Notes under the pieces: generated by a model
What the model was told of the DNA's origin: nothing
Database searches by the model: none
The model's input: only the letters and a program-made list of their open reading frames with translations
Program-made: the position numbers and the translations under genes
Assembly (NCBI GenBank): GCA_943371535.1
Contig: CALRVE020000009.1
Span: 21,262 to 85,261 of the forward strand
Source: Asaia bogorensis
GTDB lineage: Bacteria; Bacteroidota; Bacteroidia; Chitinophagales; Chitinophagaceae
Reading direction: 5' to 3'
Length of the DNA: 64,000 nucleotides
Part shown: in pieces, positions 10,512 to 20,407 of the stretch
How the letters are laid out: every line of letters starts with the position of its first letter
How positions within the stretch are numbered: position 1 is the first letter of the stretch

Positions 10512-11252
10512 TTACTTTAATCTTTTTGATAATTCAATATTTAATTCTATTAATCCTTCTTTTGCCAGTTCAGCAAAAAGCTGTGCTCCATATTCATTTA
10601 AATGTGTATCGTCTTTTTTGCCAGTTGGATAATTAATATGTTGTGCTGAATCTAAATGAAGGAACATTTTTTTAGATTCTTCTTTTCCATACTTAATTAG
10701 CAACTGCTCGGTTTTTTGATGCATATCAATTAAGAGAACTTGTTGTTCTTTGGCAACTTCTCTAACCAAATTTGGATAAACACCATGCACATCGTAAAAC
10801 TTTCCTTCTTTATCAAAACGTCTTCTAACAATTGGCGTTAATAAAATAGGTATTGCTTTTTTGCTTCTTACTTCAGCTATAAAAGTGATTAAGTTTCTTT
10901 TATACTCTTCTGGGCTTGTGTATCTATCTTCTTTATCTTTAGATTGATCGTTATGCCCAAATTGTATCATTACAAAATCACCTTCTTTTGCATCATCAAT
11001 AATGGTTCTCCATTTGCCTTCACTAATAAATGTTTTAGTACTTCTTCCATTGGCTGCTCTATTATCTACTTTCACCGTTTCGTTGAACATTTTTTCAAAT
11101 GGCATTCCCCAACCAGTTTCAGGATATTTATCGGTTTTCTTAATACTCATGGTAGAATCGCCAGCCATGAATAAAGTGATGGATTTCTTTTGAAAAGAAA
11201 CCAATAAGCCTAATGCTATAACAAATAGTATATTTTTAATACAATACTTCAT
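10512..11252 (-). CDS. Rhamnogalacturonan acetylesterase (SGNH/GDSL hydrolase, CE12-like)
   Basis: Signal peptide, GDS motif (LFMAGDSTMS), a later DDTHLN block, and pectin locus context. There is an ATGA stop/start overlap with the upstream gene. Confidence 0.8.
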   Translation of the reverse strand: MKYCIKNILFVIALGLLVSFQKKSITLFMAGDSTMSIKKTDKYPETGWGMPFEKMFNETVKVDNRAANGRSTKTFISEGKWRTIIDDAKEGDFVMIQFGHNDQSKDKEDRYTSPEEYKRNLITFIAEVRSKKAIPILLTPIVRRRFDKEGKFYDVHGVYPNLVREVAKEQQVLLIDMHQKTEQLLIKYGKEESKKMFLHLDSAQHINYPTGKKDDTHLNEYGAQLFAELAKEGLIELNIELSKRLK

Positions 11253-12331
11253 TCTTTAATTTTCCATTTGTTATTGAACACCCATTTTGCATTTATTTTA
11301 TTTACTTTAGGTGCATTTTTTGCTTGTTCTAAATTGTTGATAAACCAACTATAATTACCATCTTCTTTTGTACAGTTGTAATAGTATTGACGATTACCCC
11401 ATAAAATAGCATTTGTGGTTTTTACCAAATAAATAGGCTCATTAGCCATATTTTTACTAAACATACAATTGATTAAAAAGAACTGTGCATCTCTATGCCA
11501 ACGACCTAGTTTAAAATTCTTATAACCATCAAAATAACAATTGACCAATACTGTTTTCGAGTCTTCATTTTTGCTACCATCATGCCAAATTGCAGCAGAG
11601 CCTATATGAGCAAAGAATCTACAGTTTTCTGCATAAGCCCAACCTCTAGGACAGTAAAAATCTACGCCACCTTCAATATCACAATCTTTAAAATAAAACA
11701 TTCCAGCTTCAACATTCCAAGGGCTTACAGTATCGCCACCAAAAGCTTTTAAGATACAATTCAATACTTTTAATCTTGTTGTATTAAAACTTCTCAGAGC
11801 CATTTGATGCCCATCTTTTCTTACCCTTTTTTGTTGTTTAGAGGTGTCATTTGCACAATCAATGAACACATCTTTATCTTTTTCAAAACCATAACTGTTG
11901 GTAATGGTTAAATTTTTTAAAGTAATATCATTTCCATTTAAGTTAAAAGTTGCTACCCCCCAATCATCTATTGCTGTGCAACGAAACTCATCTCTAGCTA
12001 TTGATTGAGTAATGATGGTTTGTACTTTATCTTCCCCCTCTAACACAACATTGTGTTTTGATAAAAATATTTTTTCTTTATAAATTCCCTTCTTTATAAA
12101 AATGGTTCTTGGTTTTGCTGCACTATCTGTTAAACTGTTGATTGCTGCTTGAATAGAGAGAAAATTTCCATTTCCACTTGCATCTACAATTAGTTTTTTT
12201 TGTGCTAGTATTTGGTTGGCTAAAAATATTAATCCAAATACAATAGCAACTCTCCTATTTAAATTCCATTTTTCTTTTTCCAAGTTGAATAATCTTTTTT
12301 TAACAAACGTTCTGGCCAATTGCCATACCAA
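11249..12331 (-). CDS. Pectinesterase (CE8)
   Basis: CE8-like blocks HQMALRS, FGGDTV and GGVDFYCPRG. The ATG at 12331 would overlap the upstream gene by 73 nt (12259..12331), so an internal TTG start just before the signal peptide (..RRVAIVFGLIFLANQILAQ) is possible. Confidence 0.8.
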   Translation of the reverse strand: MVWQLARTFVKKRLFNLEKEKWNLNRRVAIVFGLIFLANQILAQKKLIVDASGNGNFLSIQAAINSLTDSAAKPRTIFIKKGIYKEKIFLSKHNVVLEGEDKVQTIITQSIARDEFRCTAIDDWGVATFNLNGNDITLKNLTITNSYGFEKDKDVFIDCANDTSKQQKRVRKDGHQMALRSFNTTRLKVLNCILKAFGGDTVSPWNVEAGMFYFKDCDIEGGVDFYCPRGWAYAENCRFFAHIGSAAIWHDGSKNEDSKTVLVNCYFDGYKNFKLGRWHRDAQFFLINCMFSKNMANEPIYLVKTTNAILWGNRQYYYNCTKEDGNYSWFINNLEQAKNAPKVNKINAKWVFNNKWKIKE

Positions 12332-13284
12332 CCATAACCCATTCTTCTTTCATGTTCAATTTCGGTTAACGCATACCTTTTTACACCATCTCTTCCAACG
12401 AAAAGGGGTTTGCCATCTTCAATATCATAAAATCTTGCCCAAATAGTTTCTGTTGCATCTTGTAATAAAACTCTATCCTTTCCATTTGGCTGAGTAGCAT
12501 CATCAATAATTTTACTGGTATAACCTTCAATTTTTACTTTATCTAACCAAGCAACTGCTTTATGAATAGCAGTTATAACAGCAGTGTCGGCCGATTGAAT
12601 TCTCATTAAAAAATGAACAATGCCAACAGATTCTAAAGTGGCTAAAGAAGCTAATTCAAACTTTCTGGCATTGGCTACTTGTAAAGTATTTTCATCGTAT
12701 TGCTGACACCATCCGGTTAACTCATTATTTATTTTAATTTGAGTTTTAAGAATACAATCAATTCCACTTTTGATGGCTTTCTCTGCTTTAGTTTTATACG
12801 ATGCATTCACTACTTCAAAATCATTTAAACCACACACTATATCAAACAAAACATTCAACACATTTACAATAGCATTATCATTATAAGTAATTAAATGCCT
12901 ATAAGAACTTAAATCTGGATAAAACTGTGGCCAACCTCCATTTTTGTACTGAGCAGTAAGTAAATACTCAATGCCACGTTCTGCAGCTTGTAAGTAAGAT
13001 TGATTGTTTGTTTTTTTAAATGCTGTTACTAGATAACGAATCTCTTGAGTTGTTGCTCCGTTGTCAATAGTGGCATCGTTTCTATTTTCGTCATCTTTAA
13101 TCGTAGCAATTTCAACAGATGAATAAGTTTTCTTATAGTCAATTTTTTTATTCAAATAATGTTTAGGCCAACCACCATATTTGCGTTGAAACAACAACAT
13201 ATTATCGGCCATTGCATCTTGTGCAAAGCCACTTATAGTTATGCATAAAGTAAGTATAGATAATATGTATTTTTTAAACTTCAT
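12259..13284 (-). CDS. Pectate lyase, PelA/Pel-15E (PL10-like) family
   Basis: Signal peptide, QRKYGGWPK and NGGWPQFYP motifs, about 340 aa, pectin locus context. Confidence 0.75.
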   Translation of the reverse strand: MKFKKYILSILTLCITISGFAQDAMADNMLLFQRKYGGWPKHYLNKKIDYKKTYSSVEIATIKDDENRNDATIDNGATTQEIRYLVTAFKKTNNQSYLQAAERGIEYLLTAQYKNGGWPQFYPDLSSYRHLITYNDNAIVNVLNVLFDIVCGLNDFEVVNASYKTKAEKAIKSGIDCILKTQIKINNELTGWCQQYDENTLQVANARKFELASLATLESVGIVHFLMRIQSADTAVITAIHKAVAWLDKVKIEGYTSKIIDDATQPNGKDRVLLQDATETIWARFYDIEDGKPLFVGRDGVKRYALTEIEHERRMGYGWYGNWPERLLKKDYSTWKKKNGI

Positions 13285-13291
13285 TCGTTAA

Positions 13292-15172
13292 TTACTTCGC
13301 TTGATTATTTAACCACTGAACTAAACTTTTTGCTGCTTTAAAGTTTTCAAATTCGGCAGGTAATTTTCTTCCATCTACATACTCATTGTATAACCATGGA
13401 TCACCAATGGCAAAAACGGTTCCTTTACCATATTTACTAACAGCTGCAATTACATCGCCTTTATCGTTTAAAACAGACTTAGCATTTCCTGATAATTTTA
13501 AAGTAGATATTTCCTTAATATAAATTTTACTTACCCCAGTTAACACTTCATTATCTGCATTAATATTTACGCCACCCATTTCAAATTTGTTACCATCTAC
13601 GGTATTGCGTAAATCGGCATTAAAATGAATACCAAAAGTGTTGGCTAATTTGTTGAAATTTTCAAATTCTGCGTTGCCTTTATCGTTATGAAAAATAACT
13701 AATACACCACCTTTTTTAACCCACTTTTCTATGGCTTTAATATCATTGGCTTGAACATAGTTAGGGGTAGGATTGTCTTTTTCATGATCTGCATCTACAA
13801 TAACATAGATAGATGATTTTTTAAGATTCTTTTTGGTTGGTGCAGCACTTAATGTAGTTGTATTAAAGCCATAAGCGTTAAAAATATTTCCTAAAAAATA
13901 AAACCCACCATTGCTTTTTTCGTTCCATTTATAGTGCCATGCAATTTCATTCCCTACTGCATTTTTCTTCTTTTCGGCATTAAAATAATCGTCTAATAAA
14001 ACTGTTTTTTTGTTAGCAGTAATTAATGTTGGCAATAAATCCATTTCATTAGCAGCTAAAATAAATGCACCAACACCTTTTGGATCGTTCACAATAACAG
14101 GTTCGCTCATATAGTATTCAAAACTTCCATCTCTATAAGGCTTACCACCTAAACCACTTACTTTAACAGTGCCATGTAAATTTGTTTGTCCATTTTCTTC
14201 CTTTACAAATTTGTTGACTAAACCTTCATAACCTTTTTTTGCAATTTCAATTTTAGTTGAAGGCACATAACCTAATCGAACACCTTTAGCAATAGCATAT
14301 ACAAATTGAGAAGATGCAGATGCCTCAAAATAATTTTTCTCTTTTCCTGGTCCATCATAATTCAGAACATCTAACCACAAACCGGTAGTAGCATCTTGTT
14401 GCTTTTCTACTGAATTAATTAATCTATTTAAAATGCCAATTAGCGACTTCCTTTTAGGATGATTGGCAGGAAAAAACTCCAAAGCATCTACTAAAGCTGT
14501 AGCATACCAACCCATTGCTCTTGCCCAAAATAATGGTGAAGTGCCTGTAGTTTTATTGGCCCATTGTTGTTGTTTACTTTCGTCCCATCCATGATATAAT
14601 AAACCCGTTTTTGCATCTCTTGCATGATTTTCCATCCAAATAAATTGATTGGCTATATCATTAAAGGCAGTATCTTCTTGGGTTAACTGTGCATACTCGG
14701 CATAAAATGGTTGAGCCATATATAAGCCATCTAACCACATTTGATAAGGGTAAATTTTTTTATGCCAAAAACCTCCTTCATTGGTTCTTGGATGCTGACG
14801 TAGCTGTTCTCTCAACAACTGAGCTGCTTTCCAGTATTTTTCTTTTTCAGTTACTCTATATAGAAACAATAATAATTTTCCATTATTAATATGGTCTATA
14901 TTAAATTCTTCTCTCTTATAAGTTCTTATGGTTCCATCATTTTGCACATAGAAGTCCATTTGCTTTTGTATGTACTGAAAGTATTTTGGATCACCCGTTC
15001 GATACCAATTGCCTTCCATACCTTTAAGAATAACCCCCATATCGTAACTCCATTTGCTAAAAACCGAATCTTTCCAAATGGTCATTGCTGTTTGTGCAAT
15101 ACGTTCTCCAGGTGTTTGAGCATTTAACTTAACACAGATAATCAAAAAAAATATAATAAAAGCTTTCTTCAT
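13292..15172 (-). CDS. Unsaturated rhamnogalacturonyl hydrolase (GH105/GH88) fused to an approximately 230-aa C-terminal extra domain
   Basis: The N-terminal roughly 390 aa are GH88/105-like (WSYDMGV, MWLDGLYM, LLYHGWDES, RAMGWY). The C-terminal part (IYVIVDADHE..GGVLVIFHND..FAIGDPW) looks like a DUF4350 / GATase-like domain. Confidence 0.8.
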   Translation of the reverse strand: MKKAFIIFFLIICVKLNAQTPGERIAQTAMTIWKDSVFSKWSYDMGVILKGMEGNWYRTGDPKYFQYIQKQMDFYVQNDGTIRTYKREEFNIDHINNGKLLLFLYRVTEKEKYWKAAQLLREQLRQHPRTNEGGFWHKKIYPYQMWLDGLYMAQPFYAEYAQLTQEDTAFNDIANQFIWMENHARDAKTGLLYHGWDESKQQQWANKTTGTSPLFWARAMGWYATALVDALEFFPANHPKRKSLIGILNRLINSVEKQQDATTGLWLDVLNYDGPGKEKNYFEASASSQFVYAIAKGVRLGYVPSTKIEIAKKGYEGLVNKFVKEENGQTNLHGTVKVSGLGGKPYRDGSFEYYMSEPVIVNDPKGVGAFILAANEMDLLPTLITANKKTVLLDDYFNAEKKKNAVGNEIAWHYKWNEKSNGGFYFLGNIFNAYGFNTTTLSAAPTKKNLKKSSIYVIVDADHEKDNPTPNYVQANDIKAIEKWVKKGGVLVIFHNDKGNAEFENFNKLANTFGIHFNADLRNTVDGNKFEMGGVNINADNEVLTGVSKIYIKEISTLKLSGNAKSVLNDKGDVIAAVSKYGKGTVFAIGDPWLYNEYVDGRKLPAEFENFKAAKSLVQWLNNQAK

Positions 15173-15235
15173 TTAAATTCTTTTATGTTGTGCTAACCAA
15201 CGATTAGCATATAAGCAAATAAACATATTTATTTA

Positions 15236-16885
15236 CTACTGTACAATAACATTTTCTTCTTTTGCACCAAATCCAACTTCTACTTTTTTTAATGCTTTTG
15301 ATGCATCAGTATTGATGAGTTTAATTTTTCCAGTTCTTTCACCTTGCACCTGTAACAATAAATTGCTATTGGCCGAATACACGATATTATTCAGCGTAAC
15401 ATCAGCACTATTCAACACATATACAACAGGGTTTGTTTCTTTAGTTAGTACAGTGATATTCTTTAAATTAATGTTGGTAGCTTCTTCAATTTCAATTGCT
15501 TTTGTAGCTTGAATAGTAATGTTTTCTAAGTTGATATTATTAATATGCATTTCAGGAATTCCTCTAATAAAAATTCCTTTTTCTGCACCATTACAAACCA
15601 CATTTTTTACATAAAAATTTTTGAATTGAGGAGTTGTTTCATCTACAGGTTTAAACTCAACTACAGGAGGTTCTCTTTTTTCTCCAGCCATAGGCACAGG
15701 ATCTTTGGCTGCATAATACATATCAAATAAAATGGCTTCACCAGGAATATCTTTCATGATAATATTATTGATGAAAATGTTTTCAACAATACCACCACGA
15801 CCACGAGTTGTTTTAAAACGTAAACCAATATCTGTACCAATGAACGTACAATTATCTACATAAATATTTCTTGCACCGCCACTCATTTCGCTACCAATTA
15901 CAAAACCTCCATGTGCATGATATACTACACAGTTTCTAATAATTCCATTTTCTGTTGGCATGGCTCTTTTTCTGCCTTCGGCATCTCTTCCACTTTTAAT
16001 ACAAATACCATCATCGCCTACATCAAATAAACTATTTTCAACAATAAAATTTTTGCAACTTTCAATATCTAAACCATCACCATTTTGAGCATACCAAGGA
16101 TTTTTTGCTACTATATTTCTGATGGTTAAGTTTTCACACATTAAAGGATGAATATTCCATGCTGGTGAATTCTGAAAAGTTACTCCATCAAGTAATACAT
16201 TTTTACAATTGGCAAATACCAATAAATTAGGTCTTAAAAAGTCTTTATACGCTTCTACATCTTTTAAAGTAATTCCATTAGCAACAACACCAGCATTTTT
16301 AACCTTACTACCAGCTAGAGATTTCTCTGTGGGATACCAAGTTTTTTTATCATCGCTCAATACACCACCACTTTCTGTTTTTTTCTTCCATTGGCTTGCA
16401 GTAAGCTTATCTTTTTTAACCATACGCCAAGCATCTCCATTTCCATCTACAATTCCTTTACCAGTAACAGCAATATTGGTTGCATTATTAGCAAATAAAG
16501 GAGATTGATTGCGGTATGCTGCTAAACCCTCCCAATTGGTTAATACCAAAGGATACTCCTTAAAATCATCGGTAAATTGTAATAAAGCATCTTTTGAAAT
16601 ATGTAAGTTTACATTGCTTTTTAACTCAATTGGACCTGTTAACCATAAGCCAGCTGGAATATGCACTACTCCTCCTCCATTTTTATTACAAGTTAAAATG
16701 GCTTTATTAATTGCAATTGTATTTAATGTAAAGCCATTGGCTATAGCACCAAATTTTGAAATATTGAAAGTATCTTTTTTAAATTTTGGAACAATTACTT
16801 TAGGTAATTTTTGAGCATAAATATTCGAACACATTAAAATACATAACAAAAAAACACTACTTAATTTAAAGCACAATCGTTTCAT
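15236..16885 (-). CDS. Glycoside hydrolase family 28 (polygalacturonase-type)
   Basis: GH28 blocks NGDGLDIES, GDDGICIKSG, HGGFVIGSE and RFKT, with parallel beta-helix periodicity and a signal peptide. Confidence 0.9.
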   Translation of the reverse strand: MKRLCFKLSSVFLLCILMCSNIYAQKLPKVIVPKFKKDTFNISKFGAIANGFTLNTIAINKAILTCNKNGGGVVHIPAGLWLTGPIELKSNVNLHISKDALLQFTDDFKEYPLVLTNWEGLAAYRNQSPLFANNATNIAVTGKGIVDGNGDAWRMVKKDKLTASQWKKKTESGGVLSDDKKTWYPTEKSLAGSKVKNAGVVANGITLKDVEAYKDFLRPNLLVFANCKNVLLDGVTFQNSPAWNIHPLMCENLTIRNIVAKNPWYAQNGDGLDIESCKNFIVENSLFDVGDDGICIKSGRDAEGRKRAMPTENGIIRNCVVYHAHGGFVIGSEMSGGARNIYVDNCTFIGTDIGLRFKTTRGRGGIVENIFINNIIMKDIPGEAILFDMYYAAKDPVPMAGEKREPPVVEFKPVDETTPQFKNFYVKNVVCNGAEKGIFIRGIPEMHINNINLENITIQATKAIEIEEATNINLKNITVLTKETNPVVYVLNSADVTLNNIVYSANSNLLLQVQGERTGKIKLINTDASKALKKVEVGFGAKEENVIVQ

Positions 16886-16982
16886 AATAATTATTTTTCC
16901 TAAGAAAGTAAACTCCTAATAACCAACAATTCTACTTAGATATTTGTTAAGCAAAAAGCTAATCTAATTGTTTATTTACGCA

Positions 16983-17000
16983 ATCGTTTCCGATAACGAT
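16983..17000. promoter_or_regulatory. Candidate LacI-family operator (ATCGTT-n6-AACGAT)
   Basis: Inverted repeat in the divergent GH28/lacI intergenic region. The 10-mer CAATCGTTTC occurs both here (16981..16990) and over the GH28 start codon (16874..16883). Confidence 0.3.
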
Positions 17001-17114
17001 AACAATTTTTTCAAAGTGTAATCAAGTAGTTTTTATTTCTCCATTTATAAAAATTGAACCTCAACTTATACGTAATAGTTGTACCTTCATCACTTCACCA
17101 GCTTGCATCACAAC

Positions 17115-18152
17115 ATGAAATTTGAAGCAGTAACTATTAAAGACATTGCAAAAGAATTAGGACTATCTACTTCTACTGTTAGTCGTGCATTAAGAGATAG
17201 TTATGAAATTAGTCCTGAAACCAAAAAAATTGTGTTGGAATATGCTAAAGAAATTAATTATAGGCCCAACCCTATTGCTTTAAGTTTAAAAGAAAAACGT
17301 AGCCGTTCTATTGGAATAGTGGTGAGTGAAATTGCCAACAGTTTTTTTAGTCAGGCTATTAATGGAATAGAATCTGTTGCCAATGCAAGAGGTTACAATG
17401 TAATTATTACTCAAAGCCACGAGAGCTACGAAAAAGAAGTTTCAAGTTTACAATTCTTAGCTTCAAGAAGTGTAGATGGTTGTTTAATTTCTGTTTCAAC
17501 CGAAACAAAAGATTTTTCTCATATAACTCATTTGCACGATAGAGGATTACACATGGTTTGTTTTGACAGAGTGGTAGAAGAATTAAATACACATAAAGTA
17601 ATTGTAGATAATTTTAAAGGAGCATATGATGCTACCACACAATTAATTAAAAACGGATATACAAGAATAGCACATTTAGCCAATTCGGAATATTTATCTA
17701 TTTCTAAAGAACGAGTAGCTGGTTATAGAAAAGCATTAGAGAATCACAAAATTGAATTTGATGAAGCTCTAGTACACCACTGTTTACATGGTGGAATGAT
17801 ATATGAAGAAGTTGAAACTGCTATGAACAAACTATTGAAGCTAAAAAACAAACCCGATGCTGTTTTTGCATCTGCCGATAAATTAACAACCAATTGTATG
17901 CGATACTGCAAAATAAAAAAAATCAGTATCCCTCAAAAATTAGCTGTAATTGGTTTTAGCAATTTAGATTTAACCGAATTATTATCACCTTCACTATCAG
18001 TTGTTCGTCAGCCAGCATTTGAAATGGGAAGAATATCGGCTGAACTTTTAATTAAAATGATAGAAGCTAAAAGAGCCACCACAGATTTCGAAATAAGGGT
18101 ATTACAACCCGATGTTTTTGTAAGAGATAGTTGTGCAAGAAAAACAAAATAA
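17115..18152 (+). CDS. LacI-family transcriptional regulator
   Basis: N-terminal HTH (TIKDIAKELGLSTSTVSRALRD) plus a periplasmic-binding-protein-like sugar-binding core. The ATG at 17115 is preferred. Confidence 0.9.
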   Translation: MKFEAVTIKDIAKELGLSTSTVSRALRDSYEISPETKKIVLEYAKEINYRPNPIALSLKEKRSRSIGIVVSEIANSFFSQAINGIESVANARGYNVIITQSHESYEKEVSSLQFLASRSVDGCLISVSTETKDFSHITHLHDRGLHMVCFDRVVEELNTHKVIVDNFKGAYDATTQLIKNGYTRIAHLANSEYLSISKERVAGYRKALENHKIEFDEALVHHCLHGGMIYEEVETAMNKLLKLKNKPDAVFASADKLTTNCMRYCKIKKISIPQKLAVIGFSNLDLTELLSPSLSVVRQPAFEMGRISAELLIKMIEAKRATTDFEIRVLQPDVFVRDSCARKTK

Positions 18153-18256
18153 AGATTGATTGCTTAATTGAACCTTATTGTTTAAACTAGTTTCTTCAAC
18201 AACTCAACCATCGTATCAAAATTTTGTTACTTTAGTATTCATAAAAATTTTGAACT

Positions 18257-18757
18257 ATGGCAAAACCTTCATTTGAATTAGTACAAGCATTAAAAGAAAC
18301 TGCAAATCGTTTAAAAAATGGTGCTTATTATGCTTGGGGTAATCATGGTGGCTGCAACTGTGGTAATTTATTACAAGTAGTTACTCAATTAAGCAAGGAA
18401 GAAATTTTACAATATGCACATAGTGGTATTGGTGAATGGACTGAGCTTGCTGAAGATTTTTGTGGTGTTTCCAATGCACCTATATCGCTTTTATTAAAGA
18501 AATTGCAAGAGTTAGGATTAACACCTACAGATATTCATAACTTAGAATACTTAGAAGATAAAACGGTTTTACAAAATTTACCTGGCGGATTTAGGTGGTT
18601 GAAAAAAAATGTTCGTGAAGATGTGATTGTATATTTTGAAACTTATGCTCAACTATTAGAAGAACAATTAATTGAACAAATTCAAATACCTACCGAATTA
18701 TTTAAAACGAACAATACAATTGTAAGAGAGTTGGAGATGGCTGGAATTGAGTTATAA
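18257..18757 (+). CDS. Hypothetical protein
   Basis: 166-aa ORF with good coding appearance. No family recognised. Confidence 0.55.
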   Translation: MAKPSFELVQALKETANRLKNGAYYAWGNHGGCNCGNLLQVVTQLSKEEILQYAHSGIGEWTELAEDFCGVSNAPISLLLKKLQELGLTPTDIHNLEYLEDKTVLQNLPGGFRWLKKNVREDVIVYFETYAQLLEEQLIEQIQIPTELFKTNNTIVRELEMAGIEL

Positions 18758-18796
18758 GTGATAAGTTCTAAGTTATAAGCAATAAGTTGTAAGTTA
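18755..18796. repeat. Heptanucleotide tandem repeat (TAAGTTN)x6
   Basis: TAAG starts at 18755, 18762, 18769, 18776, 18783 and 18790, an exact 7-nt phasing. The array begins in the stop codon of the preceding ORF. One more TAAGTT lies at 18811. Confidence 0.7.
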
Positions 18797-18976
18797 TTGG
18801 TAATGAGCTTTAAGTTGGGATTGATTGCTTTTAATTTAGGTGTTTGGGTTTATGTACTATTCTTTTGTTTAAGCTTTAAATAGAGTAATGATTGCTTAAC
18901 TTTTTAAGGAATATAAAAATAAAAAAGGATTGTCGCTTACGCTTCAATCAGCACTATCTCATAAACTGTGTAAGTT

Positions 18977-19020
18977 TTAAAAGGGTCTAATTGGGGTTAA
19001 CCCCAATTAGACCCTTTTAA
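18977..19020 (+). terminator. 44-bp perfect palindrome plus T-run inside the IS left end
   Basis: TTAAAAGGGTCTAATTGGGGTT|AACCCCAATTAGACCCTTTTAA followed by ATTTTTTT. It is placed to block read-through transcription into the transposase gene. Confidence 0.6.
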
Positions 19021-19054
19021 ATTTTTTTCAATAATTTTAAAAACACAGTTTATT

Positions 19055-20257
19055 ATGCAACAAACACAACAACAATTGCTAGATTCATTTTTAGCACAAA
19101 TGCAAAGTGGCGACGATTTAAAATCGTTCCTTTCTGAACTTCAAAAACGAGGGATTGAAAAAATTTTAGAAGGTGAACTAAATGCTCATTTAGGCTATAA
19201 AAAAAATGAGCAGCAAAGCCATAATTCTAATGCTCGTAATGGTTATTCAACCAAAAAAATAAAGACCTCTTTAGGAGCAACAGAGATACATATTCCAAGA
19301 GATAGAGATGCTAGTTTTAACCCCATGATCATCCCCAAAAGAGATAACATGGTAGATGGATTGGAAAACGTAATTGTATCGCTTTATGCCAAAGGAATGA
19401 GTACATCAGATATTGAAGAACAACTCAGAGAAGTATACAATTTTGATGTTTCACCATCTACCATTTCACGTATTACAGATACGGTTGTAGGTGATATTAT
19501 TGTATGGCAAAATAGACCCCTAGAATCTGTTTATTATATTGTTTGGATGGATGGTATCGTATTTAAAGTTAGAGAAGCCAATAAGGTAGTCAATAAAACC
19601 ATCTATTTGGCTGTAGGACTCAATAAATATGGGCTTCGAGAGGTTTTAGGCATGTGGCTAGGCAAGAATGAAAGTGCTAGTTTTTGGATGAGTGTTTTAA
19701 CCGATTTAAAGGCTCGTGGGGTAGAAGATATGCTTATAACTGCAACAGATAATTTGAATGGATTTACGCAAACAATAAAAAATGTTTTCCCTGCATCTCA
19801 AACACAAATTTGTGTGGTACATCAAATAAGAAACAGCATGAAATATGTGGTATGGAAAGATAAAAAAGAATTTGCAGCTGACATGAAAGACATTTACAAT
19901 GCACCTACAAAACAAGCAGCTGAACAAGCTCTACTAACCTTTGACATTAAATGGAAAAGTAAGTACCCATATGCTGTAAAATCCTGGAAAGATAATTGGG
20001 ATGAACTCACGATTTTTTTTGATTTTCCTATTGAAATCAGAAAAATTATTTACACTACAAATCTCATAGAAAATTTAAATGGAAAAATTAGAAAATATAC
20101 CAAAAACAAACTCTCATTCCCAACCGATGATGCAGTTCAAAAATCTGTTTATTTAGCTCTTAGAGAAGCAACAAAAAAATGGACAATGCCCATTCATAAC
20201 TGGGGACTCATTCTTAACCAGTTCTTAACTATATTTGAAAATAGGGTTCAACTTTAA
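19055..20257 (+). CDS. IS256-family (mutator-type) transposase
   Basis: 400 aa with typical IS256 blocks: GELNAHLGY, ..[13 protein letters not shown].., MWLG..ESASFW and DNLNGF..VFP....Q.CVVH. Confidence 0.92.
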   Translation: MQQTQQQLLDSFLAQMQSGDDLKSFLSELQKRGIEKILEGELNAHLGYKKNEQQSHNSNARNGYSTKKIKTSLGATEIHIPRDRDASFNPMIIPKRDNMVDGLENVIVSLYAKGMSTSDIEEQLREVYNFDVSPSTISRITDTVVGDIIVWQNRPLESVYYIVWMDGIVFKVREANKVVNKTIYLAVGLNKYGLREVLGMWLGKNESASFWMSVLTDLKARGVEDMLITATDNLNGFTQTIKNVFPASQTQICVVHQIRNSMKYVVWKDKKEFAADMKDIYNAPTKQAAEQALLTFDIKWKSKYPYAVKSWKDNWDELTIFFDFPIEIRKIIYTTNLIENLNGKIRKYTKNKLSFPTDDAVQKSVYLALREATKKWTMPIHNWGLILNQFLTIFENRVQL

Positions 20258-20407
20258 ACACAGCTAAACCCTATTACTTTTAAAACTTACACACTTAATG
20301 AAATAGTGTCTTTTCCTTCAATTTTCGCCAACCATAACCAAAACTCTTTTCAAAATAATGTTTCATACTAATAAAAAAATTACCCTTTTCAATCACTTAA
20401 CACCAAC

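Larger units (their letters stand above)
18952..20308 (+). mobile_element. IS256-family insertion sequence, complete (about 1.36 kb)
   Basis: Imperfect 32-bp terminal inverted repeats: CACTATCTCATAAACTGTGTAAGTTTTAAAAG at 18952..18983 against the reverse complement of 20277..20308, with 3 mismatches by eye. They flank a single intact transposase ORF. Confidence 0.85.

Noticed and set aside
12216-12446. 76-aa plus-strand ORF across the PL10/CE8 junction, and similar small ORFs inside uxa/GH genes (for example 6806..7033, 7357..7557, 9934..10149, 14689..15127, 15312..16814)
   Set aside because: All are embedded antisense in well-supported enzyme genes and have no independent support.
18944-20316. 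Target-site duplication for the IS256-family element
   Set aside because: The 8-9 bp flanks do not match (TCAATCAG against TCTTTTCC). The shared CTTCAAT is offset differently on each side, so I do not call a duplication.
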